A stretch of DNA of 64,000 nucleotides from an uncultured delta proteobacterium (GTDB taxonomy: Bacteria > Myxococcota_A > Polyangia > Polyangiales > Houyiibacteriaceae), in assembly GCA_963704865.1 (NCBI GenBank), contig CAVPIE010000015.1, forward strand, positions 95,669 to 159,668, given 5' to 3'. Made by a program: the position numbers and the translations under genes. Of this stretch, positions 46,201-55,556 are shown in pieces; the stretch's first letter is position 1; the number at the start of each line of letters is the position of its first letter. A model generated the notes under the pieces. That model was given only the letters and a program-made list of their open reading frames with translations. It made no database searches and was not told the origin of the DNA.

Positions 46201-47070
46201 TCAGGGAGCCGAGCAGGCGCCCTCGCTCTTGAGAGATACACCGGCTGCCTGCGCCGAGCAGGCGTTCGAGTACGTATTGCCGTCGCAGCCGCAGACGGGG
46301 TTGTAGTCAGCCGTGCACGCCTGTGGGCGAGGCTGGCACTTCCCGGGCTTGTTCGTCGCGCCACATTGTGCGGCCGGGGCGAACTGGCAAAAGAGGCCCG
46401 TGGCGCAGCTCGCACTGCCTGCGATCCCGCAGCTGGCACCAACCGCCCCGGCGGCCGCCTGCGTAGGGTCCTGGCACAGGCCGCGGTGCCGAATCGAGAC
46501 ACCATGCGAGTGCGCCACGCAGTCGTTGCTGTAGTTGCGCCCGTCACAGCCACAGACTGGCGCCCACTCCTTGGTGCACACCGTGGGCTGTTCCGCGCAC
46601 TCGCCTGGGCCGGAGACTTCGCCGCAGTACTGCACCTCGGCATACCGACAAAATAGACCCGTTGCGCACGACGCGGCCGCGCCTCCCGGGCCACAACTGC
46701 CGACGGGACCGGCGGGCACTCCTGGCGCCCCCGCGCTCGGACACTCTCCGGATTGGCGAGGTGACACTCCGTGCGAGTGAGCCACGCAGATGTTGAGATA
46801 GGTGCGGCCATCGCAGCCACAGACCGGGCTGTAGTCCTTGGTGCAACTGGAGGGCATTGGGAAACAGGCGCCTTGCGCACCGGCTTCTCCGCACTCCGCG
46901 TTGGGTGCGTAGTGACAGACGAAGCCGGAGTCGCACGTGGCCCCCGCGGCGCGGCTGCATTGCCCGGCCGGACGATCGGGGTAGCGCGATGGCTCGCTCT
47001 GCTTCGCGCAAGAGGTCAGAAGACCAGCCAGTAGACCCAAGCAAAAGACCCAGACGCAAAGTCGTGTCAT
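46201..47070 (-). CDS. Secreted lipoprotein with three tandem Cys-rich + Kazal-type inhibitor modules
   Basis: Lipoprotein signal MTRLCVWVFCLGLLAGLLTSC. Three repeats of C(T)K(D/E)(Y/W)xPVCGCDG(R/N)(T/N)Y.N.C.A...GVS. AGGAG Shine-Dalgarno upstream. Confidence 0.75.
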   Translation of the reverse strand: MTRLCVWVFCLGLLAGLLTSCAKQSEPSRYPDRPAGQCSRAAGATCDSGFVCHYAPNAECGEAGAQGACFPMPSSCTKDYSPVCGCDGRTYLNICVAHSHGVSPRQSGECPSAGAPGVPAGPVGSCGPGGAAASCATGLFCRYAEVQYCGEVSGPGECAEQPTVCTKEWAPVCGCDGRNYSNDCVAHSHGVSIRHRGLCQDPTQAAAGAVGASCGIAGSASCATGLFCQFAPAAQCGATNKPGKCQPRPQACTADYNPVCGCDGNTYSNACSAQAAGVSLKSEGACSAP

Positions 47071-47112
47071 CTCCTGATAGGTATCTCCGAAGGGCGACGG
47101 AGGCAAGGCCCC

Positions 47113-47934
47113 TCAGCGCGAAGGAAGGGCGTCCGCGAGCTCCGGCACCCAGTTGCCGGCCGTGCCAGGAAGAAATGCGCCGACGCCTGTGCGTTGTAGG
47201 AGGGCACTAAACGGATTCGGCACCGGGTTGACGACGATCATCGGAACGCCGCGCTGCGCTACAATCGTGCCAATGTGCATCGGTAGCGACGTGGCCCCGG
47301 TCGTGCCAACGACGATGACCAGCGAGGCGTGTCGGGCAGCTTCGATCGAGCTTTGGAATCGGAAGTTCGGCTCGTCGTAGATTTCGTCGAACCAAAGGAC
47401 GTGGGGCCTAGTCATGGCGCCACAGGAAGGGCAACGCAGCAGATCGAGCTCCTGGTCGCCGAGCGCGCGGCCCTTTTCCCAACCCAGCTCTACACCGTCC
47501 GGGATTGGCACGGGCGCGGGAAGGCACTCTTTCGTGCAGCGCATGAAATCGATGTTGCCGTGAATCTGGTAGGTGCGATCGAGCGTGTTGCCGGCCCGTA
47601 GGTGCAGCCCGTCGACGTTCTGGGTCACCAGCAAGAAGCGGTCACCGCAGCGCTGCTCGGCGTTGACCAGGGCGAGATGCGCCGCGTTGGGCTGCGCACC
47701 CTGGCAGACCCCCCGCCGATACAGATACCAGGCCCAAACTTCCTCCGGCATCCGCTGAAACGCCGCTCGAGTGGCCAACTCTTCGGGCTGGTAGTTCCGA
47801 GAGCCGACGCGCCAGTACCCCTCTTTGCCGCGAAAGGTGGGGATTCCGCTCTCCGCCGAGATGCCGGCACCGGTGAGCCAGAGCACCAGCGTGTGAGGCC
47901 GGTTGAGCAGCGCTTGGACGGAGTCGTCGAGCAC
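47113..47934 (-). CDS. cobB: Sir2-family NAD-dependent protein deacylase
   Basis: GAGISAESGIPTFRGKEGYW, QNVDGLH, Cys pairs and VVGTTG motifs. There is no in-frame ATG, so I chose GTG 47934. The ORF stays open up to GTG 48066 inside repeat copy C. Confidence 0.8.
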   Translation of the reverse strand: MLDDSVQALLNRPHTLVLWLTGAGISAESGIPTFRGKEGYWRVGSRNYQPEELATRAAFQRMPEEVWAWYLYRRGVCQGAQPNAAHLALVNAEQRCGDRFLLVTQNVDGLHLRAGNTLDRTYQIHGNIDFMRCTKECLPAPVPIPDGVELGWEKGRALGDQELDLLRCPSCGAMTRPHVLWFDEIYDEPNFRFQSSIEAARHASLVIVVGTTGATSLPMHIGTIVAQRGVPMIVVNPVPNPFSALLQRTGVGAFLPGTAGNWVPELADALPSR

Positions 47935-48018
47935 GGCCCAGTAACTAGGGGCATCGCAGTGCCAGTGCCAGTTTTGGTTATACCGCCAGGGGGGGTGGTT
48001 GGGGGGGCCGGGGGGGGC

Positions 48019-48156
48019 GGGTTGGTTGGGTGGTTTGGTTTGATTACACCGCCCGCCCACCCCCACCCGTAGTCCTCCCTGCCGCGCCCTTTGCTTCGCT
48101 CGGGCTTGGCGGCGCGTTCGCGCCGGGCTTCGCCCTTCGGGCTTGCGCTGCCGCGC
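48019..48156 (+). repeat. Dispersed GC-rich structured repeat, copy C, preceded by a G-tract (47989-48033)
   Basis: Hand alignment with copies A and B. It lies between the porin 3' end and the sirtuin start. Confidence 0.85.
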
Positions 48157-48235
48157 ATGGCTTGTCGCACCGTCGGCGCCAGCGCCACAGCCACGCTCAA
48201 CCTATCTGCCACTGCCCCTGTAGCTGTCAACGACA

Positions 48236-48263
48236 GAAGGCCGGCCCTTTCGAGCCGGCCTTC
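48236..48263 (-). terminator. GC-rich hairpin 23 nt downstream of the porin stop
   Basis: GAAGGCCGGC-(8 nt)-GCCGGCCTTC forms a perfect 10-bp stem. No clear U-tract follows. Confidence 0.45.
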
Positions 48264-48285
48264 CACCTGTGAACCCTACGTGAAG

Positions 48286-49581
48286 CTAGTTACCGATGTA
48301 GGCGGTGAAGCCCAGGATTGCGGCGTAGTTCTGCTTTTTGAGAGGGCCGCTCTCCAAGACGGAAGACCTAGCAAAGTAGATCTCTCGGGTATTCCACTCG
48401 CCGCGACCCTCGAGGCTGAGCACGAGATACTGGACAGGCTTGTAGCGCAGAGTCAATGTGGCGGTCGCGAGACCGGAGTCGGATACGAAGTTCACGCCCC
48501 CATCCGAGTCGGGCACGAATGCACGGAAGTTGCCGTTTCCGCTCAAGTGCTCGCCGCGTACGCCGACCGAGAACTTGTCACTCGCATCGAAGATCAGCTG
48601 CAGGCTGTGACCGTAAGCGAAGATCTTCCCGTCCAACACACCCGTGGGGTCATCAACCGTGCCGGTCGGGCTGAGCTGGTAGTCACCGTTGGCGATCAGC
48701 GTGAAGATCCCCGCGTTGGCACTCAAGACCCAGTCGAAGAAGTTCTCCCAGTTCTTGTTGTCGCTGTCGCCGCCCGCGCCGTGCTGGCCGCCGACGAAGA
48801 AGCCGACATTCTCCTTCTCAGTGCTGAAGGCAAGCTGCCAGCCGATGGTGGGCGTCTCGTTGTTGTCGACCGGTGTCCCGCCGAGCACGCCACCGTTGGT
48901 CAGCATGACCGTCAGGCCCACCATGTCCGAGAGAGCGAACGCCGAGCGAATACCCATGTGGTTGAACGGCTGACGCAGGAAGTAAAGCGCGCCGCGCGTG
49001 TAGTTGGCGTTGTTCCACTCATCGACGACCTCGCCGCCGAAGACCGTGTCGAAGAAGCCGAAGTCGAAGCTCACCTTGTCGCTCGGCATCCAACTGACAT
49101 AGCCCTGCTTGATCGGTGCGATAGGGCTCAACAGGGCAGCGCCCTCGCCGAAGCGGAGGTCCAACCGAACCGCGAACTTCTCACCGGTGTACATCAGGTC
49201 ACCACCGGCGAAGTTGAGGCCGAAGCCGTTGTAGTTCGTGTAAGGGTACCCGATGTCATTGTAGGGCCCGGCGACGACGCCGTCACTGGTGTAACCGCCG
49301 ACGCGGTAGAAGGCGCTGGCCATCACCATCCAGGAGAGGCCGTCCTTCCACGGAGCGGCCTCCGCGGACTCCTCCTCGCCCATGTCATCAGCCGCCGTCT
49401 TCGGTGACTCTGGCATGGCCATCAACGCTTCCTTTGGGGCGGCCTCGGCTGCCGTTGTCGTGCTTTCACCGAGATCCGCGTCCATGTCTTCGGCTGCCTC
49501 TTTTGGCGACTCCGGCTGCGCAAGGGCCATTGCGGGAAATGCCAAACTGCACATCACCGCCAGGGAAAGAAACTTCCTCAT
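48286..49581 (-). CDS. Outer-membrane beta-barrel porin-like protein
   Basis: Signal MRKFLSLAVMCSLAFPAMALA, an acidic linker, then alternating beta-strand-like segments rich in G/Y/F. GGAGG Shine-Dalgarno upstream. It lies directly downstream of amt. Confidence 0.6.
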   Translation of the reverse strand: MRKFLSLAVMCSLAFPAMALAQPESPKEAAEDMDADLGESTTTAAEAAPKEALMAMPESPKTAADDMGEEESAEAAPWKDGLSWMVMASAFYRVGGYTSDGVVAGPYNDIGYPYTNYNGFGLNFAGGDLMYTGEKFAVRLDLRFGEGAALLSPIAPIKQGYVSWMPSDKVSFDFGFFDTVFGGEVVDEWNNANYTRGALYFLRQPFNHMGIRSAFALSDMVGLTVMLTNGGVLGGTPVDNNETPTIGWQLAFSTEKENVGFFVGGQHGAGGDSDNKNWENFFDWVLSANAGIFTLIANGDYQLSPTGTVDDPTGVLDGKIFAYGHSLQLIFDASDKFSVGVRGEHLSGNGNFRAFVPDSDGGVNFVSDSGLATATLTLRYKPVQYLVLSLEGRGEWNTREIYFARSSVLESGPLKKQNYAAILGFTAYIGN

Positions 49582-49641
49582 CACTACCTCCACTCCCAGC
49601 GTGTCTTCACGCTCAAAATCCATATCCAAAATTCAACATTG

Positions 49642-49699
49642 AAAAAAGGGTCGAGAAGAGGGGCAAAGCAGACCGGGGAGCCGCCCCACCCCTCCTCTC
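49642..49699 (-). terminator. Candidate intrinsic terminator after amt (hairpin 49653-49699 followed by a T-run on the minus strand)
   Basis: Arms GAGAAGAGGGG / CCCCTCCTCTC pair with one mismatch, and an inner GGGG/CCCC stem is present. AAAAAA at 49642-49647 on the plus strand is the T-run. Confidence 0.4.
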
Positions 49700-49707
49700 G
49701 AAGCTCA

Positions 49708-51009
49708 CTACTCCGCCGGCGCTGCCGACATGCCCGTCCCGCCGCCGGTGTGATAGCCCTTGAGCTCCTCGTTGTACGCTTCAACCCCGCACTCAGCGAT
49801 GTCGAGGCCCTCGAGCTCGTGCGCTTCGGAGACGCGGACGCCGCCAGGCACGAGGAACTTCAGCGCGAGCCAAACGACGGAACCGACGGCGAACGCGAAC
49901 GCCACGCCCGCTCCGGCGCCAATTGCCTGATTCACCAACTGCGAGGCACCGCCACCGACCAGCAAGCCGATCGGCTCTTCGCCCGTCCCCGCGCTGCCGT
50001 AGCCGACGAGGCCGACGGCAAGCGTACCGAAGATACCGCAGACGCCGTGAACGGTGATCGCACCGACCGGGTCGTCGATTTTCATCTTGTCGATCAGCAG
50101 GACGCCTTCGACGCAGAGCATGCCAGCAACGATGCCGACCACGATCGACCAACCGCCGGTGATGTTGTAGCAACCCGCGGTGATGCCCACGAGGCCCGCG
50201 AGCGCGCCGTTCAGGGCCATCGACAGGTCCAGCAGGCCGCTGCGGATTCGAATCCAGGTAAGGGCGCCGCAGAAGCCGGCGGCCGCCGCGAGGTTGGTTA
50301 CCAGGACGATCCGGCCCACCTCGGCGTCCATCGCGAGCTCGGAGCCGCCGTTGAAGCCAAACCATCCGAGCCATAGGATGAGCACACCGAGCGCGGCGAG
50401 CGGGAAGTTGTGCGCGGGCATCGGGTTGACCGAACCATCCGGCTTGTACTTCCCAATTCGCGGGCCGACGACCAGGGCGCCTGCCAAGGCCATGCCTCCG
50501 CCGACACCGTGAACGACCGTGCTTCCGGCAAAGTCGATGAAGCCCATTTCAGAGAGCCAGCCACCGCCCCAGACCCAGTGACCGACCACCGGGTAGATGA
50601 TGATGGTCGCGATCGCGGTGAAGAAGAAGAAGGTCAGCAACCGAGCGCGCTCGGCCACTGCGCCCGACACGATCGTGCAGGCAGTCGCCGCGAAGACGAG
50701 CTGAAAGAAGAGAAAGACATAGGGTGGCAGGTCCGCGTCGGCTCCCCCGTTGTTCGGGAAAAAGCTCGCGAGCCCCACGAAGGCGTTGCCTTCGCCAAAC
50801 ATCACGCCGTAGCCGACCAAATAAAATATGATCGACGAAATCGCGACTACACCGAAGTTCTTCATTAACACCATCACCGCATTTTTCTTGCGGCAGAACC
50901 CGCTCTCGACGAGAGCGAAGCCCGCGTGCATGAAGAAAACGAGTGCGGCGCTAACGAGAACCCACAATGCGTTTGCATACGTTGTCAGTTCCGAAAGTTG
51001 TTCTTCCAT
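49708..51009 (-). CDS. amt: Ammonium transporter
   Basis: 433 aa, ~11 TM segments. DFAGSTVVHGVGG and ITVHGVCGIFGTLAVG are Amt/MEP signatures. Confidence 0.9.
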   Translation of the reverse strand: MEEQLSELTTYANALWVLVSAALVFFMHAGFALVESGFCRKKNAVMVLMKNFGVVAISSIIFYLVGYGVMFGEGNAFVGLASFFPNNGGADADLPPYVFLFFQLVFAATACTIVSGAVAERARLLTFFFFTAIATIIIYPVVGHWVWGGGWLSEMGFIDFAGSTVVHGVGGGMALAGALVVGPRIGKYKPDGSVNPMPAHNFPLAALGVLILWLGWFGFNGGSELAMDAEVGRIVLVTNLAAAAGFCGALTWIRIRSGLLDLSMALNGALAGLVGITAGCYNITGGWSIVVGIVAGMLCVEGVLLIDKMKIDDPVGAITVHGVCGIFGTLAVGLVGYGSAGTGEEPIGLLVGGGASQLVNQAIGAGAGVAFAFAVGSVVWLALKFLVPGGVRVSEAHELEGLDIAECGVEAYNEELKGYHTGGGTGMSAAPAE

Positions 51010-51176
51010 GATCTTTGCACCTCTTAGTCATGGCCGCGGCGCACCCTCGGCAGCGGCACGAGGGATTTATGGAGGCGCCATATTTCCGATGTGTTTCCCC
51101 GAGGCATCGGTTTGGGAAAAACCGATCCAACTATCCGCGAGTTGCGCCCCAGTCGACTGGGCCACATGCTCGGATC

Positions 51177-52070
51177 ATGAGTAGTTTCCCGCATTTGGCG
51201 TACGGAACGCCCCGCAAGCTGCCTAAGCCTGGCAGTCTTCCAGGGCGCGTCGTGGTGCTGGATGTGGCCTTCGCTGCAAATGCAGGAGGTGCAAGCTACG
51301 AAAAGACGACGCTGCCGTTCATCGTGGGCCTCGGCTCTCGGCTGGCGATGTGGATCGATCATCATGACCACGATCGGCACGTGGACTATGCCGACGACCC
51401 CCGTTTCGTTCTGACGACCAAGGCACAGCACGGGGCTTGCCCCGAATTGGTCACGCCGGAGCGCGTGACGGCTGCGGGTGACGTCGATACCATCTGCTGC
51501 CACGTCGACTTCGACGGGCTCTGCTCGGCGGCCAAATGGATTCGCGGCGGGGTCGAGCCCTATGAAGGAGCGGATGACGATGCTCGCGCGATCGACACAC
51601 GCCTCGGCGAGCCAGGTGAACGCGCTCGGGTGCTTGACCGCGCGCTGCGTGCGAGGCCGCGCGACGAAGGTCTTCGAGGCTTGATGGTGCGCTACTTGGC
51701 CGACGGCGCACAGGACCCGGCGATCTACCGCGAGTTTCAAATGGTGGCCGAAGCCCTCGAAGAGAGGGAACGCGAGGCCAAGCGGCTGTCGGGCCGCTAC
51801 GAAGTTCGCGGCAGGCTCGCGATCTGCGACGCGACCCGGCGGGATGGCCCGTACGATAAGACCGAGCTGCTCTTGATCGGCCAGCGTCTTGCGCCCATTT
51901 CCTTGGTCCACGACGAGACCACGGTCACCGTGGCTGCGCGCTTCGACAGTGGAATCGATCTTGTGCGTGCCCTCGGCCTCAACGGGGGCATGCCCACACG
52001 GGTGAGTGTCGCAGCCAAGCGACTCGGCGAAGTCATTGAGATTTTGGGCGGTTCCGAGCCCGCGGGTTAA
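51177..52070 (+). CDS. Hypothetical protein with His/Asp-rich motifs
   Basis: Coding-like ORF. WIDHHDHDRH and CHVDFDG motifs. No family recognised; start chosen at MSSFPHL. Confidence 0.45.
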   Translation: MSSFPHLAYGTPRKLPKPGSLPGRVVVLDVAFAANAGGASYEKTTLPFIVGLGSRLAMWIDHHDHDRHVDYADDPRFVLTTKAQHGACPELVTPERVTAAGDVDTICCHVDFDGLCSAAKWIRGGVEPYEGADDDARAIDTRLGEPGERARVLDRALRARPRDEGLRGLMVRYLADGAQDPAIYREFQMVAEALEEREREAKRLSGRYEVRGRLAICDATRRDGPYDKTELLLIGQRLAPISLVHDETTVTVAARFDSGIDLVRALGLNGGMPTRVSVAAKRLGEVIEILGGSEPAG

Positions 52071-52099
52071 AGGCGTTCAAACGCGTTATACTAAAAGGG

Positions 52100-53176
52100 A
52101 TGGAGCTGACGCTCTCCCAAATTCAAGCCCTTCCGAAGACGGACCTGCACGTTCACCTCGATGGTTCCCTGCGGCTGTCCACGATGCTCGAGCTCGCGGA
52201 GGCGCAGAACATCAAGCTGCCTGCAGGCAATCCAGATGCTCTGAAGAAGGCGCTGCATTGCGGCGAGCATGCCGGCTCCCTGGTCGAATACCTCAAGGCG
52301 TTCGACACGACGCTCAAGGTTCTGCAAAGCGCCGAGGCACTGCACCGGGTTGCCTACGAGCTGAGCGAGGATGCTGCCGCTGAAAACGTTCGCTACATGG
52401 AGGTGCGTTACTCTCCCATCCTGCACGCGCGTGGCGGGCTCCGGCTCACGACGGTGGTCGAAGCCGTGCTAGCGGGGCTCTGGGACGCACAAAAAGACCA
52501 CGGAATCATCGCGAACGTGATTCTGTGCGGCATTCGAAACATCTCGCCGGAGTCGTCCTTTGAAATGGCCCAGTTGGCCGTCGCCTACAAGAACCGCGGG
52601 GTCGTCGCGTTCGACCTGGCGGGCGCGGAGTACGATCACCCGGCCAAACACCATCTTCGCGCGTTCAAGTTGGTGCGCGACAACAACATCGCGGTGACGA
52701 TCCATGCCGGTGAGGCCTATGGTCCCGCCTCGATTCACCAGGCGATCCACGTCTGTGGCGCGCACCGCATCGGCCACGGTTGCAGGCTTCGCGAGGACGG
52801 CGACCTGCTCCACTACGTCAACGATCATCGCATTGCGCTCGAATGCTGTCCGTCCTCGAACGTGCAGACGGGCGCGGTCAAAGACCTCCGAACGCACCCG
52901 CTCAAGCTCTATCACGACCTCGGGTTACGGGTGACGATCAACACGGACAACCGTCTGATCGCCGACACGACCGTGTCACGTGAGCTCTGGCTTTGCCACA
53001 GCCGAATGGGCATGAATCGCGAAGACATTCACCGCATGATCATCAACGGTTTCAAGGCGGCGTTCCTGCCGTTTCACCAGAAGCAGACTATGGTTCGGGC
53101 GGTGTTTCGGGAGCTGTCCAGCGCAGCACAGGCTTCCGAGCAGCCTGAGTCTCGTCGAGCCGACGCAAACGCGTGA
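52100..53176 (+). CDS. add: Adenosine deaminase
   Basis: LPKTDLHVHLDGSLR, TIHAGE, RIGHG and INTDN motifs. Confidence 0.9.
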   Translation: MELTLSQIQALPKTDLHVHLDGSLRLSTMLELAEAQNIKLPAGNPDALKKALHCGEHAGSLVEYLKAFDTTLKVLQSAEALHRVAYELSEDAAAENVRYMEVRYSPILHARGGLRLTTVVEAVLAGLWDAQKDHGIIANVILCGIRNISPESSFEMAQLAVAYKNRGVVAFDLAGAEYDHPAKHHLRAFKLVRDNNIAVTIHAGEAYGPASIHQAIHVCGAHRIGHGCRLREDGDLLHYVNDHRIALECCPSSNVQTGAVKDLRTHPLKLYHDLGLRVTINTDNRLIADTTVSRELWLCHSRMGMNREDIHRMIINGFKAAFLPFHQKQTMVRAVFRELSSAAQASEQPESRRADANA

Positions 53177-54584
53177 TCTGGGGCGCCGACTTGGCACGGT
53201 CGGGCTCCGTGTGCGCCTCGTCGCTGATCGTCTTCATGACGTCTACGAACTCGTCCAGGGTTTGCAGGCTCTCGGTTTCGGTCGGCTCGATGAGCATGGC
53301 GCCCTTCACCACCAGCGGGAAGTACACCGTCGGCGGGTGAAAGCCGTAATCCATGAGCCGTTTCGCGACGTCCATCGTGGTGACGTGCGAATCTTTGAGA
53401 TGGCGATCGCTGATCACCACTTCGTGCATGCAAATTCGCTCGTAAGGAACGTGCCAAACCTCGCCTAGGCGAACGCGGAGGTAGTTCGCGTTGAGAACCG
53501 CTAGCTCCGTGGCCTGCCTCAGACCTTCGGCGCCCATCTCACGGAGATAGGCGTAGGCCCGTACCATCATGCCGAAGTTGCCTTGAAAAGAGCGCAGCCT
53601 ACCGACGGACGCCGGACGGCTGTCGTAGTCGAGGACGAAGCGCCCGTCGCGCTGCTCTACGACCGGGACGGGCGCGAATGGATCGAGAAGCGCCTTGTAT
53701 CCAACCGGACCGCATCCGGGGCCGCCGCCGCCGTGAGGGGTCGTGAAGGTCTTGTGCAGATTGAACTGCATGACGTCGATTCCCAGGTCGCCCGGCCGCG
53801 CTTTGCCCATCAAGGCATTGAGGTTGGCGCCATCGCCGTAGACGAGGCCGCCCTTGCTGTGCACGAGCTCGGAGATCGCGGCCATCTCCGATTCGAAAAG
53901 CCCGACGGTGTTCGGGTTCGTTGTCATGACGGCCGCGACGTCGTCGTCGACGAACGGCGCGAGGGCTTCGGTGGTGACGATCCCCTCCTCGCCGACCGGA
54001 AAGGGCACCGCCTGCAAGCCATTGAGCGCGCAGGAAGCTGGATTGGTTCCATGGGCCGTGTCCGGGATCAGCACCTTCTTCGGGTCGCGACCCTGGGCAC
54101 GGTGGTACGCCCGAATCATCATGAGGCCCGTTAGCTCGCCTTGTGCGCCGGCGGCGGGATGCAGCGACACGCGATCCATTCCGCAAACCTCGGCCAACCC
54201 TTGCTCGAGCCGCCACATCAGCTCGAGGGCGCCCTGGACGAGCTCGTCCGGCATGTACGGATGCAGGTTGGCGAACCCACCCAAGCGCGCCGCCCACTCG
54301 TTGACCTTGGGATTGTACTTCATCGTGCAACTGCCAAGCGGGTACATCCCAATGTCGATCGCGAAGTTCTGTTGGCTCAACCGCACGTAGTGGCGAACGA
54401 CCTCAGGCTCGGACACTTCGGGAAGCTGGGGCGGGCGCTGTCGCGCCATGTCGCCGAATGCGCGTTTCGGGTCGACATCCGGAAGGTCGTCGGTGCTTAG
54501 CGACGCACCGCTGCGACCGGGCGAGCCTTGCTCGAAAATGAGCGGTGTCTGGAATGAAAGACCTGACGTAGCCGAGCCGGGCAT
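53088..54584 (-). CDS. gcvPB: Glycine dehydrogenase (decarboxylating) subunit 2
   Basis: Typical GcvPB N-terminus (LIFEQGSPGRSG..LPEVSEPEVVRHY..) and the PLP lysine region NLHKTFTTPHGGGGPG. Confidence 0.9.
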   Translation of the reverse strand: MPGSATSGLSFQTPLIFEQGSPGRSGASLSTDDLPDVDPKRAFGDMARQRPPQLPEVSEPEVVRHYVRLSQQNFAIDIGMYPLGSCTMKYNPKVNEWAARLGGFANLHPYMPDELVQGALELMWRLEQGLAEVCGMDRVSLHPAAGAQGELTGLMMIRAYHRAQGRDPKKVLIPDTAHGTNPASCALNGLQAVPFPVGEEGIVTTEALAPFVDDDVAAVMTTNPNTVGLFESEMAAISELVHSKGGLVYGDGANLNALMGKARPGDLGIDVMQFNLHKTFTTPHGGGGPGCGPVGYKALLDPFAPVPVVEQRDGRFVLDYDSRPASVGRLRSFQGNFGMMVRAYAYLREMGAEGLRQATELAVLNANYLRVRLGEVWHVPYERICMHEVVISDRHLKDSHVTTMDVAKRLMDYGFHPPTVYFPLVVKGAMLIEPTETESLQTLDEFVDVMKTISDEAHTEPDRAKSAPQITRLRRLDETQAARKPVLRWTAPETPPEP

Positions 54585-54632
54585 GATCACCTCGACGCCC
54601 AAGCTAGTGGATTGTCGACTGCCCGCAAGCGA

Positions 54633-55556
54633 TCAAAACGTCTGCAGGAGGGCTTCGCTCAGCGCCTCGATGGTGGCCGGGTCTTTTTCCAGACCGTCGT
54701 AGTAGGGCAGCTCGCTACAAGGGGCGTCGATGTGGGTGCACACCTGCCGCACCGCCCGCGACTGAACCGTTTCACGAAGGACGCGTCGCTTTCCGGCGGT
54801 GGCCAGCCCGCGGATCTCGCTATCCTCTGTGAGCTCCGATGGGAGGCTTTCGAGAACCGGTCGTTCCTTTTCGGCGAAGAGCACGTTGAGCACACGGTTG
54901 ATCACGAGTTGCAGCACCGGGATCCGTAGCTCGTTCGACAAGGCGTCCGCGAGCTCGATGGTTTCACTCGCGGGCATGTACTCGGGGAGCGTGACCAGGA
55001 CAGCGCCGGATCGTTCGGGGTCACGGAACATATCAACGGCGCGGGCCGCATCCCGTCGCAAAAGCCCAGGCGGTGCGACGCTTTCGATGACAAACGGGAC
55101 CCGAAGCATGTCGAGCGCGTGTCCGGTCGCGGGTGCGTCAACGATGACCAGGTCGTAGTCCGGCTCTCCCTTGGGCGGGCAAGCATGATAAAATGCCTTC
55201 CCGAGCATCGACCACGCTTCGAGGCCGGGGGTTCCTTTGAGGAATGCCCGGACCAGTCGGTTTCTGAAGACCGCGTTGAAGACGGCCCTCACTTTCAAGA
55301 TCATGAGTCCGTATTCTTCGAGGGCCGCATCCGGGGTCATGTTCACCACGTCGAGGTTCTCGCGAATCGTTACGATTTCCGAGCCGATCGGATCGGTGTC
55401 GAGGAGCTCGCTGACGCGCTCCTGGCAGTTGACGAGTGCCAGCAGGACCTTTTTGCCGCGGCGACTTGCCGCAAGCGCAAGCCCGGTAGCCACGGTCGTC
55501 TTTCCGACGCCGCCCTTGCCCACAACGAAAAGGAACCGCCGGTCGAGCAAATCCAT
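54633..55556 (-). CDS. ArsA/Get3-family P-loop ATPase (third paralogue)
   Basis: VVGKGGVGKTTVATGLA Walker A and IVDAPATGHAL motif. I chose ATG 55556 (MDLLDRRF). Confidence 0.75.
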   Translation of the reverse strand: MDLLDRRFLFVVGKGGVGKTTVATGLALAASRRGKKVLLALVNCQERVSELLDTDPIGSEIVTIRENLDVVNMTPDAALEEYGLMILKVRAVFNAVFRNRLVRAFLKGTPGLEAWSMLGKAFYHACPPKGEPDYDLVIVDAPATGHALDMLRVPFVIESVAPPGLLRRDAARAVDMFRDPERSGAVLVTLPEYMPASETIELADALSNELRIPVLQLVINRVLNVLFAEKERPVLESLPSELTEDSEIRGLATAGKRRVLRETVQSRAVRQVCTHIDAPCSELPYYDGLEKDPATIEALSEALLQTF

